From Candidatus Binataceae bacterium (GTDB lineage Bacteria > Desulfobacterota > Binatia > Binatales > Binataceae), in assembly GCA_963803045.1 (NCBI GenBank), contig CAWDLC010000036.1:1545-65544 (forward strand): DNA of 64,000 nt, in the 5' to 3' direction. A program made the position numbers and the translations under genes. Shown here in pieces: positions 59,363 through 64,000 of this stretch (position 1 is its first letter; each line of letters begins with the position of its first letter). The notes beneath the pieces are model-generated. The model was not told the DNA's origin. It searched no databases and saw only the letters and a program-made list of their open reading frames with translations.

Positions 59363-59992
59363 TCAACTGGCGGAGGTCGATGCGAACGCGATTACCCGAT
59401 TATAGATGAGGGCGGCGCCGCCCACTATCAAGAGCATCGCGATCAGTGCGTCGAAGCGATGAAAATAGGGCGCGAGGTCCCTCCAGTGCTGCCCGAGTTT
59501 CATCCCGCCGTAGGCCAGCGCGAGACACCATATGTACGACCCGATCAGTGTGTAGATGGTGAACGGGACGAGCTTCATCCGCGATACGCCTGCCGGAAAT
59601 GCGATGAAGGTGCGCACTACCGGCAGCATGCGGCTCCAGAAGACCGTGTGCGAACCCCATCGCGCGAAAAAGTGGTCGGCAATTTCGAGTTCGTGCTGAG
59701 CGATGAGGACGTAACGGCCGTAGCGCTCGATGAAAGGGCGGCCGCCCCAGGAGCCGACGAAATACGCGACGTACGAGCCGAGCAGGCATCCGGCGGCGCC
59801 CGCTATCGCGACCATCTGCAGACCGAAGCGGCCGGTGGCGACCAGGTAGCCCGAGAACGGCATGATGATTTCGGAGGGCAGCGGGATGCATGCGCTTTCG
59901 ATCGCCATCATGAGGACAACCCCGCCGCAGCCGAGCGCAGAAATCGTCGCGATGATGAAGGCGGAGAGGCCGGAGATTATTTTATCGAGCAT
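59363..59992 (-). CDS. DedA family membrane protein
   Basis: ESACIPLPSEIIMPFSG, SRMLPVVRTFIAFPAG. Confidence 0.93.
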   Translation of the reverse strand: MLDKIISGLSAFIIATISALGCGGVVLMMAIESACIPLPSEIIMPFSGYLVATGRFGLQMVAIAGAAGCLLGSYVAYFVGSWGGRPFIERYGRYVLIAQHELEIADHFFARWGSHTVFWSRMLPVVRTFIAFPAGVSRMKLVPFTIYTLIGSYIWCLALAYGGMKLGQHWRDLAPYFHRFDALIAMLLIVGGAALIYNRVIAFASTSAS

Positions 59993-60093
59993 TTTTTCGA
60001 TGCGCTCTTATTGCGAAAGCGCAAGCACACAGGGTGGCATGGCGCGGCGGCGGTTGCGAGACGACGGGCGGCTCAAAAGGGGCATGCGGAGCC

Positions 60094-60188
60094 TTGGATT
60101 CTAATGTCGCATACTTGTATATATTTGGATATCTAATGGCGCACGCTTGTATATATTTGGACATCTAATGGTGCATGCTTGTATATAT
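60094..60188. repeat. Three tandem ~32-bp AT-rich direct repeats upstream of gltA
   Basis: Consensus TTGGAYATCTAATGGYGCAYGCTTGTATATAT; units at 60094, 60125 and 60157. Confidence 0.9.
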
Positions 60189-60229
60189 GTGTTGAACAGA
60201 AACGTCACGAACCCGTGGAGGCAATCTCA

Positions 60230-61562
60230 ATGGCAAACAACACGTTGACGATTACGGACAATCGGACCGGCAAGAAATACGAGATACCGATCGAGGAGGG
60301 CGAAGTGATTCGCGCGATGGATTTGCGTCAAATCAAGACCGGCACCGACGACTTCGGCCTGATGGCCTACGATCCGTCGTTCGGCAACACGGCGTCCTGC
60401 CGCAGCCGGGTCACGTTCATCGACGGCGACAAGGGAATACTGCGCTATCGCGGATATCCGATCGAAGAACTCGCCGAGAAAAGCAATTACCTCGAGACCG
60501 CGTACCTGGTCGTGAAGGGCGAGCTGCCGGACCGGGACCACTTCGAGCGCTGGGAGCACAACATCAAGATTCACACGATGGTGCACGAGAATATCAAGAT
60601 GTTCATGGAGGGGTTCCGCTACGACTCGCATCCGATGGGAATGTTGCTCAGTACGGTCGGCGCGCTCTCCACCTTTTATCCCGACGCGAACGCTATTCAT
60701 GACCTCGAATCGCGCCGACTGCAGACGCGCCGGCTGATCGGGAAGATGCCGACGCTGGCGGCGTTCGCGTATCGGCATACCAGGGGACTTCCTTACGTCT
60801 ATCCCGACAACGATCTCAGCTACACCGGCAATCTGCTTGCGATGCTGTTCAAAATGACGGAGCTGCAAGTACAAGCCCGATCCGGTGCTCGAGCGCGCGC
60901 TCGACGTGCTGTTCATCCTGCACGCGGATCACGAGCAGAACTGCTCCGCGAATGCGATGCGCGCGGTGGGAAGCTCGCAGCCGGATCCCTACGCGTGCGC
61001 GGCCGCTGCGATCGCAGCGCTTTACGGCCCCCTGCATGGCGGCGCGAACGAAGCTGCAATCCGGATGCTTATGGAAATCGGTTCGGTATCGGCGATTCCC
61101 GCGCTGATCAAGAAGGTCAAGGATGGCGAGCGCCGGCTGATGGGCTTTGGGCATCGAGTGTACAAGAACTACGATCCGCGCGCGAAAATTCTCAAAGAGA
61201 TGGCGGCGCAGGTGTTCGAGGTGACCGGGCGCAATCCGCTGATCGATATAGCGATAGAGCTGGAACGAATCGCGCTGCAGGACGACTATTTCATCTCGCA
61301 CAAGTTGTATCCCAACGTGGATTTCTATTCGGGGATAATTTACCAGGCGATGGGTTTTCCGATGACGATGTTTCCGGTATTGTTCGCGATCCCGCGGACT
61401 TCGGGATGGATGGCGCAATGGGCAGAAATGGTGCGCGATAACGAACAGAAGATCGCGCGGCCGCGCCAGATCTATATCGGCGAACCGACACGGCACTACA
61501 TCCCGGTACAATCGCGGCCCAAGCCGACGCAGCGCGAAGATGCGGTTAGCGAGGCAATCTAG
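60230..61562 (+). CDS. gltA: Citrate synthase (one frameshift near 60870)
   Basis: [64 protein letters not shown]. Confidence 0.97.
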
Positions 61563-61711
61563 CGTTAGTTAGATGATTTCAAAAGCTCGCGCCGCTGCTG
61601 TTAACAATTGTTTCGCCCATGGTGGCTTAAGTAGCAATTCCCTGCTATGAGTAGTAAGGGCGCTTCGATGAAGTTCAGGGGTGCTTAATCCACAAGGACG
61701 GCAGCGGCGCG

Positions 61712-62875
61712 ATGGGCAAGAACGGCGGCAAGCCAACTGACACCATCTTGACGCTCGAAGAAGCGCTCAGGCTCTTTGCGCGCAAGAGGAGTGAAGGTGG
61801 CGCAGGGACCAAGGACGAGACCGCACCGGCCTCCGACGTCCGCTACGCTGGCTCTTCGCCCACGCTCAAGCGTGAGGGCGATGGGACCGCGGCAGGCGAC
61901 CTCAAGCCGGCAGACGACGGCGCGAGTGCCGCCGCTCAGCGCGACGAAGCGAACGCCGGGATGCCGGCGGGCGAGGATATCGTCGCGGTGATCGGCGGCA
62001 TTCCCCGTACGCTTGAGGAACTCGAGCAAATCGTGGCTGCTGACAAAGCCTGCGAGGAAGATTTTCCCGCGAGTGCGCCACAGAATGCCGAGGTCGAAGA
62101 CGGCTCGGGAGAAGTTGGCGAAGCGGGTGGGGCGGCACTCGCGGCTCGCCATTTCCCGGTTCGCGACTACGCGTTCACCGCGATGAGTGCCGCCCTGATG
62201 GTCTTGACGGCGTTCCTGATGACTCGCGCGCCAATCGTTAATAACCAACCAAAATTGGTGGCGCAGACCATCGCGATGCCGGCGCTGAAGGCATCCTCGC
62301 GGATGAGCGTGGACGACCTGATAACGACTTTCGTCATACTCCCGGACACCGGCGTCCAACTGGCGTCGGCTGGACGCAGGCTCAAATCCGGCGAGCTCGA
62401 GGCCCGAATCAAGAACACGCTTAAGTTGCGCGCCTTCCCCGATATCGGCGTATCCGCGTCAAAGATGGGCGACGTGTATCTGGCGGGCGAAGTTTATAGT
62501 CTGGATGAGGCGCGCAAGATCACGCAAATCGTGCACCGCGTGAACGGCGTGAATCGGGTCCATTTTCTGCATCCCGACGTTCGACCGGCGGATGGTCCCG
62601 CATACTTCGGCGTGACGGCGGCGGGGGCGCCCGAAATCTGGGGAGCGAAGGTGCAGGCCGTGCTCATCGGGTCGCCGGCGGATAAGGCGGGGATCAGGCC
62701 GGGCGACGTGATCAGCGAGTTTGACGGGAAAACGATTCCCGACGCGAAAACACTTGACGGTCTCCTCGCGCAGTATTCTCCCGGGCAGCGTGTGCAATTC
62801 CGCGTATGGCATGGGGGCCAGCCCGAGTATCTGGTGGCGCGCCTGGGCGAGGTGACGACGATGGCGAGCCGGTAG
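61712..62875 (+). CDS. Membrane protein with periplasmic BON and PDZ domains
   Basis: Acidic low-complexity N-terminus, one TM, BON (GDVYLAGEV..VNGVNRV), PDZ (YFGV..GSPADKAGIRPGDVI). Confidence 0.8.
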   Translation: MGKNGGKPTDTILTLEEALRLFARKRSEGGAGTKDETAPASDVRYAGSSPTLKREGDGTAAGDLKPADDGASAAAQRDEANAGMPAGEDIVAVIGGIPRTLEELEQIVAADKACEEDFPASAPQNAEVEDGSGEVGEAGGAALAARHFPVRDYAFTAMSAALMVLTAFLMTRAPIVNNQPKLVAQTIAMPALKASSRMSVDDLITTFVILPDTGVQLASAGRRLKSGELEARIKNTLKLRAFPDIGVSASKMGDVYLAGEVYSLDEARKITQIVHRVNGVNRVHFLHPDVRPADGPAYFGVTAAGAPEIWGAKVQAVLIGSPADKAGIRPGDVISEFDGKTIPDAKTLDGLLAQYSPGQRVQFRVWHGGQPEYLVARLGEVTTMASR

Positions 62876-62903
62876 CGAGCGGCGTTTTTATCGCGAGTGC
62901 TTT

Positions 62904-62935
62904 AGGGGCGGTTATCGAACCGCCCCTTTTTCTTT
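62904..62935 (+). terminator. Rho-independent terminator
   Basis: AGGGGCGGTT-ATCG-AACCGCCCCT followed by TTTTCTTT. Confidence 0.8.
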
Positions 62936-63252
62936 GGACGTCGGGCATGGGGGGCGAAACGCGGCCTGCGTTTATCGAGAAGCGCCATGCACCCGCGATG
63001 TAGCCAGCGTGAGCGCAGAGCCGGGCAAATCCGCAGGATTTTGAGGCGCAGCGGTGAGTTCTTCTGCCCGTCTCTCGCTAGCCATAACGCAATGTGACGC
63101 GCATTCGCCAAGATTCTTAACCTCTGACGGGCACAAATAGTCAGTATTGACTTAATCGTGGCACGGTTAGAGGCTCATTGGGGCGCGATATTGAGCGATG
63201 CAGCTCGCTTAAGGGAACCGATAAATCTCCCCGAGGGGAGGCTTGGCGTTAG

Positions 63253-63486
63253 ATGGCATCCTCGGAAGAAATTCTGACCATATCGGAGTTGTCGGCGCAT
63301 CTTCGCGTCCATCCGACTACGATCTACCGCTTATTGCGCGAAGGACGAATACCGGGCTTCCGCGTCGGCAGTGCGTGGCGATTCAGCCGCGCGGCGATCG
63401 AAACATGGGAGCACGGGCAAGCCGGTCCAATCGACGGAGAGTCCGCGCCCACGCGCAAACCCAAAGGCCGCAAGGCACGAAAGTAG
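63253..63486 (+). CDS. Small HTH_17 (excisionase/BldC-like) DNA-binding protein with basic tail
   Basis: LTISELSAHLRVHPTTIYRLLREGRIPGFRVGSAWRF; GAGG RBS. Confidence 0.9.
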   Translation: MASSEEILTISELSAHLRVHPTTIYRLLREGRIPGFRVGSAWRFSRAAIETWEHGQAGPIDGESAPTRKPKGRKARK

Positions 63487-63607
63487 CCGGCAAACTATTC
63501 TCCGCGCGCCTGCTTTTCCGTCATCCTGGCGAAGTCGAGCGGTCATGCTCCGCTCGGGATGAACGCCGTCCAAGGGGCCTGCTAGAAATGGAGTGGGAGA
63601 GTGCGCT

Positions 63608-63639
63608 CGGGTCAACGTCCCCCGGGGGACGTTGACCCG
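63608..63639. repeat. Perfect 32-bp palindrome between convergent genes
   Basis: CGGGTCAACGTCCCCC|GGGGGACGTTGACCCG. Confidence 0.85.
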
Positions 63640-63661
63640 GAGCTGGATCTGTATCGGTTGC

Positions 63662-64000
63662 TTACTTGGCCAAGTGAATCGCGCCGAGTATGTCATTCAG
63701 ATAGAAGGCGTTCAGCCGTTCATCGATCTGGTAGGCTCTCAGTGCCTGTTCCATCGGCATGACGGCTTTCAACGAGTGAAGATAGGTTGATTCCGCCAAG
63801 ACTCGATTCCTGTCCAACACCAGGTTCTCATTGAGAAGTTTGGTCGCTTGCGCGTCCGAGATCACGCCGTTCTGCTGCCCATTCTGGTAATCGGCGAGCA
63901 GCTTCTTGCGCTGCTTGAGGTTGTTCATGAGCTTTTCCTGGTATGGAACGTAAACCGCGAGGAATTTGGTCTTTTGCTCATCGTTGGAGAACTTCATGTT
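63662..64000 (-). CDS. Helical hypothetical protein, Spy/CpxP-like pattern; 5' end outside the window
   Basis: FSNDEQKTKFLAVY..YQ, ISDAQA..L, RAYQIDERL. Confidence 0.6.
   Translation of the reverse strand, partial: NMKFSNDEQKTKFLAVYVPYQEKLMNNLKQRKKLLADYQNGQQNGVISDAQATKLLNENLVLDRNRVLAESTYLHSLKAVMPMEQALRAYQIDERLNAFYLNDILGAIHLAK

Noticed and set aside
60094-60188. Mini CRISPR array, iterons or sigma54 promoters
   Set aside because: There are no spacers and no cas or rep genes; the TGGCGC-N4-TTGT spacing is one base short of -24/-12.
38151-63140. Shared GCACAAAT upstream of both HTH_17 genes
   Set aside because: An 8-bp match at different distances from the start codons is compatible with chance.
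63158-63175. Sigma54 promoter TGGCACG upstream of the second HTH_17 gene
   Set aside because: There is no TTGC at -12 and the GC is displaced by one base.

Overview
The window most likely joins two unrelated bacterial genomes near 24,435. The left block (1 to ~24,435) looks like an anaerobic deltaproteobacterium (Desulfobacterota/Syntrophales-like, inferred). It carries relA, rpmB, purMN, recG, glpK, a CoA-transferase-GNAT / ADP-forming acyl-CoA ligase / DRTGG operon, an XRE-cupin regulator, a chelatase-like AAA ATPase, a Liv-type ABC transporter, an OFA MFS and a truncated peptide-binding protein. Nearly every long gene there is broken by single-base indels, consistent with long-read error. 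The right block (~24,435 to 64,000) is much richer in CpG (CGCG, TCGA) and resembles Candidatus Binatia chromosome (inferred). It carries argJ, secA, murI, yihA, cinA, pgpA, cysQ, glnA, gltA, transporters and regulators. No rRNA, tRNA, CRISPR array, integrase or transposase was found. The best candidate for an under-described system is a sigma54-driven operon: a 2TM intramembrane-sensing histidine kinase, an NtrC-type regulator, an ICMT/PEMT methyltransferase and PspA/IM30. Other notable items are a PyrF paralog with degenerate substrate-binding motifs, a 3x32-bp repeat upstream of gltA, a shared enhancer plus GG-N10-GA promoter upstream of both a porin and glnA, a 148-bp MITE-like element inside the Liv operon, and a ~150-nt rod-like leader RNA. 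All calls come from reading the sequence; no database searches were run.
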